NCBI GenBank assembly: GCA_963830455.1
Contig: CAWHMT010000004.1
Location: 434,644-498,643, forward strand
From: an uncultured Gemmatimonadales bacterium
GTDB lineage: Bacteria > Gemmatimonadota > Gemmatimonadetes > Gemmatimonadales > GWC2-71-9
Direction of reading: 5' to 3'
Length of the DNA stretch: 64,000 nt
Positions 51,659 to 60,364 of this stretch are shown one piece after another. How positions within the stretch are numbered: position 1 is the first letter of the stretch; every line of letters starts with the position of its first letter. Both the position numbers and the translations under genes were made by a program. The notes below the pieces were generated by a model, which made no database searches, was not told the origin of the DNA, and saw nothing but the letters and a program-made list of their open reading frames with translations.

Positions 51659-52597
51659 TCAGCAGTGGACGAGCAGATCCGCGAGCGATCTATCCTCGTG
51701 CAGGCGACGAATGGCCTCCGCCATGAGCGGCGCTATCGTGACGACGCGGACGGGCAGCGCAGCGGTTGCGGACGGCGGTGCGACGCTGTCGGTGACGATC
51801 AGCTGTCGCACTCCGCTTTGCGCAAGTCGCGCCAGGGCATCTCCCACCAGCAGGCCATGCGTTGCCACGACGGTGAACTCCGGACGGCATCCGGCATTGC
51901 GCAGGGCAGCGATCGCGGCGGCGACCGTCGCGCCGGTGCTGATCATGTCGTCCACGATGATCGGTGCGTAGCCGGCGACTTGCCCGGTGATGCCGCGCAC
52001 CTCGACCTGCTCGCCCGTGATGCGCGTTTTGTGGATGAGCGCCACCGGGAGCTCGAGCGCGCGACCGTAGCGGTCGGCGAGGCGCGCCGCGCCGAGATCG
52101 GGCGCGACGACGACACGGGAGTCGGCGCCGTCCTCCACGGCACGGGCGAGAGCCGGAACGGCGGTCAAGTGCTCCAGCGGGACGGAAAAGAATCCTTCGA
52201 GCGTGGGCGAATGCAGGTCCAGCGCCACGATCCGCTCGATCCCCGCCGCCACGAGGATGTCGGCGATGAGGCGGGCGCCCACCGGCTCCCGCCCGCCGGC
52301 GCGCCGATCCTGCCGCGCGTAGCCGAAGTACGAGATGACGGCCGTTAGCCGCCTGGCGCCGGCGCGGCGACAGGCATCCGCGAGCAGCAACAGCTCGAGC
52401 AGGTGGCGCTCGAAGGGCGGCGCCGTCGGCTGCACTACATAGACATCCTCACCCCGCAGGCTATCGCGGACGGCGACGTGCAGCTCGCCATCGGGAAATC
52501 GATGTAAGCTGGTGACGCCGAGCCGAGTTCCGAAGTGTAGCGCGACCGCTTCCGCGAGCTGCGGGTTTGCGGAGCCCGTCAACAGCGTCAGGTTCAC
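51659..52597 (-). CDS. prs: Ribose-phosphate pyrophosphokinase (PRPP synthetase)
   Basis: LLTGSANPQLAEAVA, FPDGE, YFGYARQDRR, VAPDLGAARLA, IIVDDMISTGATV. GTG start. Confidence 0.9.
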   Translation of the reverse strand: MNLTLLTGSANPQLAEAVALHFGTRLGVTSLHRFPDGELHVAVRDSLRGEDVYVVQPTAPPFERHLLELLLLADACRRAGARRLTAVISYFGYARQDRRAGGREPVGARLIADILVAAGIERIVALDLHSPTLEGFFSVPLEHLTAVPALARAVEDGADSRVVVAPDLGAARLADRYGRALELPVALIHKTRITGEQVEVRGITGQVAGYAPIIVDDMISTGATVAAAIAALRNAGCRPEFTVVATHGLLVGDALARLAQSGVRQLIVTDSVAPPSATAALPVRVVTIAPLMAEAIRRLHEDRSLADLLVHC

Positions 52598-52725
52598 TCT
52601 TCCCTCATCTGCTCCAACTCGTACTTCAGGTCGCCGACGATCTTGCGGAGCTCTTCCATCGATTTCTCGAGGGCGATGAGCCGCTCTTCGAGCTTGCGGT
52701 TCGCCGGCTGGGACTTCGGAGCCAT
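52594..52725 (-). CDS. 43-aa coiled-coil small protein translationally coupled to prs
   Basis: Not in the ORF track. AGGAGG 4 nt upstream of the ATG. MAPKSQPANRKLEERLIALEKSMEELRKIVGDLKYELEQMREE. Its stop overlaps the prs GTG (GTGA). Confidence 0.55.
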   Translation of the reverse strand: MAPKSQPANRKLEERLIALEKSMEELRKIVGDLKYELEQMREE

Positions 52726-52850
52726 GGCGCCTCCTGAGCGAATCGTGACCATACCACCCGGTCCCTAAGGACCCCGTGAAGTTGTCTTCAGTGGATCTTC
52801 AGGTACCGGGCTCACAGACTGCGCTACGTTGGTCGCGAGGGGGCGAACGA

Positions 52851-54197
52851 ATGCAGAACCCGGAGCTACAGTTTCTCGGCGCCGCGGGTACCGTGACGGG
52901 AGCGATGTACCTCGTCCGGACGTCCGCCGCTGAGGTCCTGCTCGACTGCGGGCTGTTTCAGGGTCTGAAGGCACTGCGCTTACGGAACTGGGGCCAACGC
53001 GTCGCGAACCCCCGGGGCATCGGCGCGGTGCTGCTCAGTCACGCGCACATCGACCACACTGGCTACCTCCCGTTGCTCGTCGGCCAGGGGTTCCGCGGCC
53101 CGGTGTACTGCACGCCGGCAACCGCCGACCTCGCACGCGTGCTGCTGCCGGACTCGGCGCATTTGCAGGAAGAAGAAGCGGAGCGCGCGAATCGCCGCGG
53201 ATACTCGAAGCACCACCCGGCCTTGCCGCTGTACACGATGGCGGACGCCGCCGCAGCGCTGGAGCTGCTGCAAGCGCGCCCCTTCGACCAACCGTTTCCC
53301 GTCTCGCGCGGCATCACAGCACTGTTCCGCACGGCGGGCCACATTCTTGGTGCGGCAACGATCCAGCTCGAACTCGACGGCATCCGCCTGGTTTACTCGG
53401 GTGACCTCGGACGTTGGAACCAACCGCTCCTGCCATCTCCCGAACTTGTTCCGGCCGCGGATGTCCTGCTGCTCGAATCCACGTACGGCGAGCGGACGCA
53501 CCCGACCGGGGCAGCCGAGCAGCTTGCTCGGATCGTGACGGATACCGCCCGGCGCGGCGGGGTTCTGCTCATTCCCGCCTTCGCCGTCGATCGCACCCAG
53601 GAAGTCGTATTGCTCCTGGAACAGCTCGAGCGGCAAGGCCGGATTCCGGCGCTGCCCGTCTACCTCGATAGTCCGCTGGCCATCGAAGCGACCGAGATCT
53701 ATGCCCGGCACGGCGCCTACCGTATGCCGGCGCGCTATCGCTTCGCGCGGACGCCGGCGGAGTCGAAAGCGCTGAACGATCTCACCGGCCCCCTCATCAT
53801 CATTTCCGCGAGCGGCATGGCGACCGGTGGACGGATTCTGCATCACCTCACGCAGCGGCTGCCCGACGAGCGGACGACGGTCCTCCTGGTGGGGTTCCAG
53901 GGCGCGGGGACGCGGGGGCGGCTACTGGAAGAGGGCGCGCGCGAAGTGAAAATGCTCGGCCGGATGATCCCGGTGCGCGCGCGCATCGAGAAGATCGATG
54001 CACTGTCAGCCCACGCGGACCGTGACGAAATCATGCGGTGGCTCGATGGTTTCGAGCAGCCGCCGCGCGTGACGTATCTCGTGCACGGGGAACCATCGGC
54101 GGCGAGCGCACTGCGCGACGCGATTCGACAGCGCTTCGGCTGGAATGTGCAGGTCGCGGGCGACGGAGTGAGCGTGAGCCTGAACAAACCTGCATAG
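52851..54197 (+). CDS. MBL-fold beta-CASP hydrolase (RNA-metabolising, CPSF/RNase J-like)
   Basis: LLSHAHIDHTGYLP (HxHxDH), ...FRTAGHILGAA..., LLESTYG, ...SAHADRDEI...VHGE. Confidence 0.85.
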   Translation: MQNPELQFLGAAGTVTGAMYLVRTSAAEVLLDCGLFQGLKALRLRNWGQRVANPRGIGAVLLSHAHIDHTGYLPLLVGQGFRGPVYCTPATADLARVLLPDSAHLQEEEAERANRRGYSKHHPALPLYTMADAAAALELLQARPFDQPFPVSRGITALFRTAGHILGAATIQLELDGIRLVYSGDLGRWNQPLLPSPELVPAADVLLLESTYGERTHPTGAAEQLARIVTDTARRGGVLLIPAFAVDRTQEVVLLLEQLERQGRIPALPVYLDSPLAIEATEIYARHGAYRMPARYRFARTPAESKALNDLTGPLIIISASGMATGGRILHHLTQRLPDERTTVLLVGFQGAGTRGRLLEEGAREVKMLGRMIPVRARIEKIDALSAHADRDEIMRWLDGFEQPPRVTYLVHGEPSAASALRDAIRQRFGWNVQVAGDGVSVSLNKPA

Positions 54198-54200
54198 CAT

Positions 54201-54216
54201 CTTCCTGAGCACTTCA
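54201..54216. promoter_or_regulatory. CTTCCTGAGCACTTCA, second copy of the CTTCCTGAnnnCTTCA 16-mer
   Basis: 13/16 identical to 29505-29520. Lies at the start of a 413-nt non-coding gap. Confidence 0.4.
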
Positions 54217-54241
54217 CATCGGATGTGTAGCTTGCAACGAA

Positions 54242-54325
54242 GTTCCTCAGACGAGACGGGGAGATTCCAGGACCGGCAACGGAAGCGGAATCGGCGATCC
54301 GAATGATCATCTCGTCTGGGGGAGC
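54242..54325 (+). ncRNA. ffs: Candidate small SRP (4.5S, ffs-like) RNA hairpin
   Basis: Hand fold. A ~14-bp basal helix pairs 54243-54256 with 54310-54323. The apical part is GAUUCC-[AGGA]-CCG-GCAA-CGG-[AAGC]-GGAAUC. This parallels E. coli 4.5S domain IV: GGUC-[AGGU]-CC-GGAA-GG-[AAGC]-AGCC. The total length is short for an SRP RNA. Confidence 0.45.
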
Positions 54326-54544
54326 GGTGAGGCCGATCGCGCGCCTTACCCACGCCGGAAATGGCGCTCCGGCGTGCCGTGCAAGAGGTCCATCCGCGAT
54401 TCGACCGACTTGCAGCGCTCGTACCGGCGAACCATGAGGCTGGTCAAGCTTCGTGGGAATGGAAGCCGGAGCTCCCAAGGCCACAAGCGGCCGCGGGAAG
54501 AGGAACGGTAAAAGTCAATTTTCCGACTCCGGGTAACCGGTACG

Positions 54545-54579
54545 TAGAGCGGCCCGCCATCAAACAGCGGGCCGCTCTA
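54545..54579 (+). terminator. Intrinsic-terminator-like hairpin (13-bp stem, then GTTTTC)
   Basis: TAGAGCGGCCCGC-N9-GCGGGCCGCTCTA followed by a T-run on the + strand only. Confidence 0.55.
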
Positions 54580-54610
54580 GTTTTCGTGACGAACTCAGGC
54601 TGCAAGAAAC

Positions 54611-55048
54611 TCAGGCTGGTACCTGCGGCTGTTGTTGCTGGAGCAGCTTGCCGATCGCCGTATTCTCGCGGACGATATCCTCGAGGACATCATCGAGGGT
54701 CAGGATACCCGCGACGCGATCGCCCTCGGCCGTCACGACCAGCCGGCGGGTGCCCACCGACGCCATCTTGGACACCGCCTCCTCGATCGGCGTCTCGTCG
54801 CGCACGAAGTACACCGGCTTGCTCATGATGTCCGATACGCTCGCCTCCTCGGGATCGAGCCGCTCCACGACACAGCGCAGCACGATGTCACGGTCCGTAA
54901 TCATGCCGACCGCCTTCGCACCGCGATTCTCAACGAGGACCACGAGGGCGCCCACGTCGTAGTCCGCCATCCGCTTGGCGGCCTTCCAGACGCTCTCGTC
55001 CGGCGAGGCCGTCGCCAAAATCCGGCTGCAGAGCCGTCCCGCTGTCAT
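54611..55048 (-). CDS. CBS-domain pair protein
   Basis: GGAGG 5 nt upstream of ATG 55048. VGALVVLVENRGAKAVGMITDRDI and TRRLVVTAEGDRVAGILTLDDV. Confidence 0.85.
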   Translation of the reverse strand: MTAGRLCSRILATASPDESVWKAAKRMADYDVGALVVLVENRGAKAVGMITDRDIVLRCVVERLDPEEASVSDIMSKPVYFVRDETPIEEAVSKMASVGTRRLVVTAEGDRVAGILTLDDVLEDIVRENTAIGKLLQQQQPQVPA

Positions 55049-55172
55049 AACCGCCTCCATGGAAGGGCGTGACCACAATCTCGTGATCGCGTCATGAGGG
55101 GAGCTTGAGAAAGGAAGGAAGCTTCAGCATCCCTTCAGAGTCGGTCCATCGCCCCACGACTACGCTCCGCTC

Positions 55173-55928
55173 ATGAGCACAGCGGCCCCCGCGGTCCCGG
55201 CCTCGGTCCCCCTCCTGTCTCATTCCGAGGCGGTCTTCGTGGCGCGCGGCCTGAGCAAGGTATACCGCCTGGGTGACGTGGACGTGCACGCGCTGCGGGG
55301 TGTGGACTTGGAGCTCTACCGCGGCGAGCTGGTCGTCATTCTCGGTCCCTCGGGCAGCGGTAAGTCCACCCTGCTGAACATCCTCGGAGGGCTCGACGCC
55401 CCGACGAGCGGGCAGGTACGCTTCCTGGACCACGAGCTGACGGGCGCGTCGGACCGGGAGTTGACCCGCTTTCGCCGCGAGCACGTGGGGTTCGTCTTCC
55501 AGTTCTACAACCTCATCCCCAGCCTCACCGCGCGCGAAAACGTGGCGCTCGTCACCGAGATCGCCGCGCGGCCGATGGACCCCGCCGCGGCGCTCGGACT
55601 CGTGGGGCTGAGTGAGCGCCTGGACCACTTCCCCTCGCAGCTCTCCGGAGGAGAACAGCAGCGGGTGGCCATCGCGCGCGCGATCGCGAAGCAACCCGAT
55701 GCGCTGCTGTGCGATGAGCCGACGGGCGCGCTCGACTACGAGACGGGCAAGCTCGTGCTCGACGTGCTGGAGCGGGTGAACAAACAGCTCGGTACGACGA
55801 CCGCCGTGATCACGCACAACGCCGCGATCGCCGCGATGGCCGACCGCGTGATCCGCCTGCGCAGCGGGCAGATCAGCGACATCACCCGCAATCTGCGCCG
55901 CGCACGACCCGACGAGCTGTCATGGTAG
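55173..55928 (+). CDS. ABC transporter ATP-binding protein (MacB/LolD-type)
   Basis: Walker [11 protein letters not shown]-loop, signature [14 protein letters not shown], Walker [12 protein letters not shown]. Confidence 0.9.
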   Translation: MSTAAPAVPASVPLLSHSEAVFVARGLSKVYRLGDVDVHALRGVDLELYRGELVVILGPSGSGKSTLLNILGGLDAPTSGQVRFLDHELTGASDRELTRFRREHVGFVFQFYNLIPSLTARENVALVTEIAARPMDPAAALGLVGLSERLDHFPSQLSGGEQQRVAIARAIAKQPDALLCDEPTGALDYETGKLVLDVLERVNKQLGTTTAVITHNAAIAAMADRVIRLRSGQISDITRNLRRARPDELSW

Positions 55929-58300
55929 CCCGGCTGCGACCGCTCGACCGCAAGCTCGTGCGCGACATCTGGCACATGCGCGCGCAGATGGCGGCGATCG
56001 CCGTGGTGGTGGCGTGCGGCGTCGCGACCGTGGTGACGACGCGCACCTCCTATACGTCACTGCTCACGTCGCGCGCCGCGTACTACGAGAATTACCGCTT
56101 CGCCGACGTCTTCGCGCACTTGCAGCGTGCACCCGAATTCCAGGCCGCGAGACTCGCCGCCATTGGCGGCGTCGCGGCGGTCGAGACTCGCATCGTCAGC
56201 ACGGTGACCCTCGACGTGCCCGGGCTCGCGGAACCGGCCACCGGCCGGCTCGTGTCGATACCCGCGCGCGGCCGGCCGGCGCTCAACGATCTGCACCTGC
56301 GCCGCGGGCGCTGGCTCGAACCGGAGCGACGCGGCGAAGTGATCGCGAGCGAGGCGTTCGCTGCGGCAAACGGCCTCGAGGTCGGCGATTCCCTGGGCGC
56401 CGTGCTGAACGGCCGCTGGGAGCGGCTGCGGATTGTGGGGATCGCGATATCACCGGAGTACGTCTACGAAATCGGCGAGAGCGGCCTCTTTCCCGACAAC
56501 CGGCGCTTCGGCGTGCTGTGGATGAGCCGGGACGCCATGGAAGCGGCGTTCGACATGACGGGCGCGTTCAATGACGTGTCGCTGCGTCTCGAGCGGGGCG
56601 CGTCCACGGCCGACGTCCTCGATCGCGTGGATCGCGCGTTGGAGCGCTACGGCGGCGTGGGGGCGTACGATCGCACCGACCAGGTGTCGGCGCGATTCCT
56701 CAACGACGAGATCGCGCAGAACCGGGTATCCGGCACGGCTGTGCCGGCGATCTTTCTCGGGATTGCCGCCTTTTTGCTGAACGTCGTGCTCGGGCGGCTC
56801 GTAAGCACCGAGCGGGAGCAGATCGCCGTCCTCAAGGCGTTCGGGTACAGCAGCTGGGCGGTGGGATGGCATTACCTGAAGTTCGCGTTCGTCGCGCTTG
56901 CGGTCGGAGTCGCCGCGGGTGTCGGGATCGGCCTCCGATTCGCGGCACTCACGAACGCGCGGTACGCCGAGTTCTACCGCTTTCCGGAATTCGTCTTCCG
57001 GCTCGATTGGACCGCGATCGCCCTGGCCGTGCTCGTCACGGTTGTGGCCGCGCTGCTCGGCGCCGCCGCCGCCGTGCGGCGTGTCGTGATGCTGGCTCCC
57101 GCGGCCGCAATGCAACCGGAGCCGCCGGCGCGGTTCGAGGGCAGAGGGCTCTTCGAGCGGATCGGGCTCGACCGGCTGCTCGGGCTGCCCGGCCGCATGA
57201 TCGCGCGCAGCCTGGAGCGCCGGCCGATGAGAGCGATTCTCTCCGGCCTTGGTATCGCATTCGCCGTCGCCATCCTGCTCGTGGGGCGGTTCTTTGTGGA
57301 CGCCATCCTGCGGATCGCCGACGTGCAGTTCCGGCACGTGCAGCGCGAGAATCTCACGGTCGTCTTCAATACACCCCGTCCATCGGCCGTGCGCTATGAG
57401 CTGGCGCATCTGCCGGGCGTGCTGGGGCTGGAGACTTTCCGGAGCGTTCCCGCCCGCCTGCGCGCCGGCTACCGCAGTCGCCGCGCCGTGATCCTGGGGC
57501 TCGAGAGGGAGGGTGAGCTGCGGCGGCTGGTCGGCGCGGACTATCGCGTCACGCCGATCCCGGCGGACGGTGTCGTGCTGACGGCCAAGTTGGCCGAGAT
57601 TCTGCGGATCGGGCCGGGCGATACGCTCACGGTGGAAGTGCTCGAGGGAAGCCGCCCGGTTCGGCGCGTACCGGTCGCCGGCGTCGTCGCTGAGCTGTTG
57701 GGCCTGTCGGCATACATGGACGTCGGCGCGCTCAATCGACTGATGATGGAAGGCAACACCCTGTCCGGTGCGTTCCTCCGGGTCGATCCACGCGCGGCCG
57801 ATTCGCTGTATGGACGCCTGAAGCGGCTGCCCGCCGTCGCCGGAGTTTCGAGTCGGGACGCCGCACTCACGAGCTTCGAGGCGACCCTGGCGCGCAGTAT
57901 CGGTGTAATGACGGCGATTCTGGTCGGCTTCGCGGGCGCGCTCGCCGTGGCGATGGTGTACAACGCGGCGCGCATCGCCTTGTCCGAGCGCGGTCGCGAG
58001 CTCGCGAGCCTGCGCGTGCTCGGCTTCACCCGGGGGGAGATCACCGTGATGCTGCTTGGGGAGCAGGCTCTGCTTGCCCTCGCCGGTATCGCGCTCGGCC
58101 TCGGCATCGGCTATGCGCTGTGCGCCGTGCTGGCCGGCCTCTATCAGTGGGAGGTCTTTCGGATTCCGCTTGTGCTCACCGGCCGGACGTACGTCTTCGC
58201 CGTTGGGGTAATCATCGCGGCGGCGGCGGGATCAGGACTGCTCGTGCGGCGCCGGCTCAACCGGCTCGATCTCGTCGCCGTGCTCAAGACACGCGAATGA
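55922..58300 (+). CDS. ABC transporter permease with two FtsX-like modules
   Basis: 792 aa. Two copies of the 4-TM FtsX pattern (...[13 protein letters not shown]...; ...[13 protein letters not shown]...). Confidence 0.8.
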   Translation: MVARLRPLDRKLVRDIWHMRAQMAAIAVVVACGVATVVTTRTSYTSLLTSRAAYYENYRFADVFAHLQRAPEFQAARLAAIGGVAAVETRIVSTVTLDVPGLAEPATGRLVSIPARGRPALNDLHLRRGRWLEPERRGEVIASEAFAAANGLEVGDSLGAVLNGRWERLRIVGIAISPEYVYEIGESGLFPDNRRFGVLWMSRDAMEAAFDMTGAFNDVSLRLERGASTADVLDRVDRALERYGGVGAYDRTDQVSARFLNDEIAQNRVSGTAVPAIFLGIAAFLLNVVLGRLVSTEREQIAVLKAFGYSSWAVGWHYLKFAFVALAVGVAAGVGIGLRFAALTNARYAEFYRFPEFVFRLDWTAIALAVLVTVVAALLGAAAAVRRVVMLAPAAAMQPEPPARFEGRGLFERIGLDRLLGLPGRMIARSLERRPMRAILSGLGIAFAVAILLVGRFFVDAILRIADVQFRHVQRENLTVVFNTPRPSAVRYELAHLPGVLGLETFRSVPARLRAGYRSRRAVILGLEREGELRRLVGADYRVTPIPADGVVLTAKLAEILRIGPGDTLTVEVLEGSRPVRRVPVAGVVAELLGLSAYMDVGALNRLMMEGNTLSGAFLRVDPRAADSLYGRLKRLPAVAGVSSRDAALTSFEATLARSIGVMTAILVGFAGALAVAMVYNAARIALSERGRELASLRVLGFTRGEITVMLLGEQALLALAGIALGLGIGYALCAVLAGLYQWEVFRIPLVLTGRTYVFAVGVIIAAAAGSGLLVRRRLNRLDLVAVLKTRE

Positions 58301-58307
58301 GGACAAC

Positions 58308-59459
58308 GTGAGGATCACCGCAAAGCACGTGGGACTGGCCGTGGGTACGGCAATCGTCGCATACGGCGGCTTCGCGTTGGTGCGGTCCGGTCCGGTGCCG
58401 GTCGAATCGGCCCGCGCCACGCAACGTCCCCTCCAAGTGACGGTGGACGAGGAAGGGGAAACGCGTGTGCGGGACCGCTACGTCGTCGCGGCACCGGTGG
58501 CGGGGCGCGTGGCGCGGATTACGCTACGGGAGGGGGACTCGGTGCGGGCCGGCTCCGTGCTCGCGCGCATGTCCCCCACGCCGCTCGATCCGCGGTCGCG
58601 AAATGAAGCGGCGGCGCGGCTCGATGCCGCTGAGGATGCGCAGCGCGCGGCGAGCGTGGCGGTGGCACAGGCCCGGGTGGCGCACGAGCAGGCGCATCGC
58701 GCCTGGGCGCGCGCGCAGCAGCTCGCGGCCGACAACTCGATTTCGCCCGCGGATCGCGAGCAGGCGGAGCTCGAAGAGGCACTGCGGGCGCGCGAGCTCG
58801 AGTCGGCCGACTTTCGCGCGCAGGCGGCAGCGCACGACACGGAGGTCGCGCGCGCGGCGCTCGCCGGCGGACAGGAGCTGGTGATCCGCGCGCCCGTCGC
58901 GGCCCGCGTGCTCCGTGTCCGCGAGCCCAGTGAGCGCGTGGTGACGGCCGGGACTCCCCTCCTCGAACTCGGAGATCCGACCCGCCTGGAAATCGTCGCA
59001 GACTTCCTCTCCACCGATGCCGTGAACGTGGCTCGCGGCGCGCCGCTGCTCGTCGAAGGCTGGGGCGGCAAGACACTGCGCGGCCGCGTGCGGCTCGTCG
59101 AGCCCTCGGCGTTCACGAAAGTCTCGGCGCTCGGTGTCGAGGAGCAGCGGGTGAACGTCATCGGCGACTTTGTCGATCCGCCAGGGACGCTGGGCGACCG
59201 CTATCGCCTGGAGATCCGCATCATCCTCTGGCAGGGTGACAGTGTCCTGACCGTTCCAGCCAGCGCCCTGTTCCGCCACGGAGAGGGTTGGCGCCTATTC
59301 GTGGTTGAGCGCGGTCGAGCGCGGCAGCGGGATGTCATCGTCGGACACCGCACGTCCTTCGACGCGGAGATCGTGCGCGGCCTCGCCGCGGGCGAGATCG
59401 TCATTCGTCATCCCAGCGATCGCATAGCCGACGGAGTGCGCGTTGCCGAACATCCTTGA
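58308..59459 (+). CDS. HlyD/MacA-type periplasmic adaptor (membrane-fusion) protein
   Basis: N-terminal TM. Lipoyl/barrel segments flank a long Ala/Arg/Glu coiled-coil hairpin (AAARLDAAEDAQRAASVAVAQARVAHEQAHRAWARAQQL...). Confidence 0.8.
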   Translation: MRITAKHVGLAVGTAIVAYGGFALVRSGPVPVESARATQRPLQVTVDEEGETRVRDRYVVAAPVAGRVARITLREGDSVRAGSVLARMSPTPLDPRSRNEAAARLDAAEDAQRAASVAVAQARVAHEQAHRAWARAQQLAADNSISPADREQAELEEALRARELESADFRAQAAAHDTEVARAALAGGQELVIRAPVAARVLRVREPSERVVTAGTPLLELGDPTRLEIVADFLSTDAVNVARGAPLLVEGWGGKTLRGRVRLVEPSAFTKVSALGVEEQRVNVIGDFVDPPGTLGDRYRLEIRIILWQGDSVLTVPASALFRHGEGWRLFVVERGRARQRDVIVGHRTSFDAEIVRGLAAGEIVIRHPSDRIADGVRVAEHP

Positions 59460-59472
59460 GGTCGAAGGCCGG

Positions 59473-60153
59473 TCATGGACTCTGCGCACTCACGTGCGTC
59501 GGAACCTTTCGGACGAGTCGACCGCGCAGCCGGTACGCTGCCCATACTGTGACGAGGGCCAGCAGGGTGACTCCGGTGAGGAGGGGGACCAGGCGGCGCT
59601 CGAGGAAGCCCTGTCCCAGGTAGATCGTCACCAGACCGTATGCGAACTCGACGATCCCGAGCGCGGCCAGATACCGGACAAACGAGTAGCGCACCACGCC
59701 GAGGAGATATCCGGGGATCTCGGACGGGAGAGACAGCTGGACGAGCAACACGACATGAAAGGGCATGTGCCGGGCGAACTGATCCTCGTAGCGAGCCACG
59801 AGATCGGCCGGTAAGAGCCAGCGGACCGCCGGTCGGCCCAAAGAACGGCCGATCGCGTAGGAAGCGGCCCCGCCGAGCAGCCAACCGGTCCAGAGCAGCG
59901 CCAGCGCGACGATAGGACCCCAGGTGAAAACCGCGAATGGGACGAGCACCCAACTCGACACGAAGGCGAGCATCGCGGCGAGGGCCGAAAAGACCACGAT
60001 GAGCGCCATGGCGATGACCGGCTGGACGGCCGCGACCTGCTCGGCCTGGTGAAGTCCGGCCAATACGGCGTGATGAGCGCTCTCGGAAAACAGGATCAAT
60101 CCGACGAGCACCACCAGCAACGAGGCAGCAGCGATCCCGCGCGAGGGCTTCAC
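59473..60153 (-). CDS. DedA/VTT (TVP38/TMEM64)-family membrane protein
   Basis: Polytopic. ...LLVQLSLPSEIPGYLLGVVRYSFVRYLAA... VTT-domain pattern. GTG start. Confidence 0.7.
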   Translation of the reverse strand: MKPSRGIAAASLLVVLVGLILFSESAHHAVLAGLHQAEQVAAVQPVIAMALIVVFSALAAMLAFVSSWVLVPFAVFTWGPIVALALLWTGWLLGGAASYAIGRSLGRPAVRWLLPADLVARYEDQFARHMPFHVVLLVQLSLPSEIPGYLLGVVRYSFVRYLAALGIVEFAYGLVTIYLGQGFLERRLVPLLTGVTLLALVTVWAAYRLRGRLVRKVPTHVSAQSP

Positions 60154-60165
60154 GCTCTAGAGTTC

Positions 60166-60201
60166 CCGGGGACGTCCCCGGCCGCCCGCTTGGCGGGCGG
60201 C
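60166..60201. repeat. Two abutting GC-rich perfect palindromes (CCGGGGACGTCCCCGG; GCCGCCCGC-TTG-GCGGGCGGC)
   Basis: Read directly. Located in the divergent DedA / LOG promoter region. Confidence 0.8.
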
Positions 60202-60364
60202 AGCAGTGTCACAGACCCCGTGCGCATAGCTGGTGAAGCCTAGTCAGGGATGGCAGAGGATCGGATGAGGATGGCAATAAGGATTCGTTACGCCACGTTC
60301 ATCCATCGACTTCTTGCAACAGATCTCAGGACATCTTTACCCGGGCGCGCGGACCTTCCTATTC

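Noticed and set aside
54198-54610. Riboswitch, tmRNA, RNase P or 6S RNA in the non-coding gap.
   Set aside because: I could not match the conserved cores of TPP, cobalamin, glycine, fluoride, ZTP or c-di-GMP riboswitches, tmRNA ends or the RNase P GGAAAGUCCGG box by eye. Only the SRP domain IV pattern fits.
54361-54828. 155-aa + strand ORF, and the minus-strand ORFs at 53843-54484 and 54006-54353.
   Set aside because: The + ORF reads through a terminator hairpin and then runs antisense to the CBS gene. The minus ORFs overlap the MBL gene antisense. None has motifs. A weak resemblance of ...VRRYERCKSVESRM... to transposase C-termini is too poor to call.
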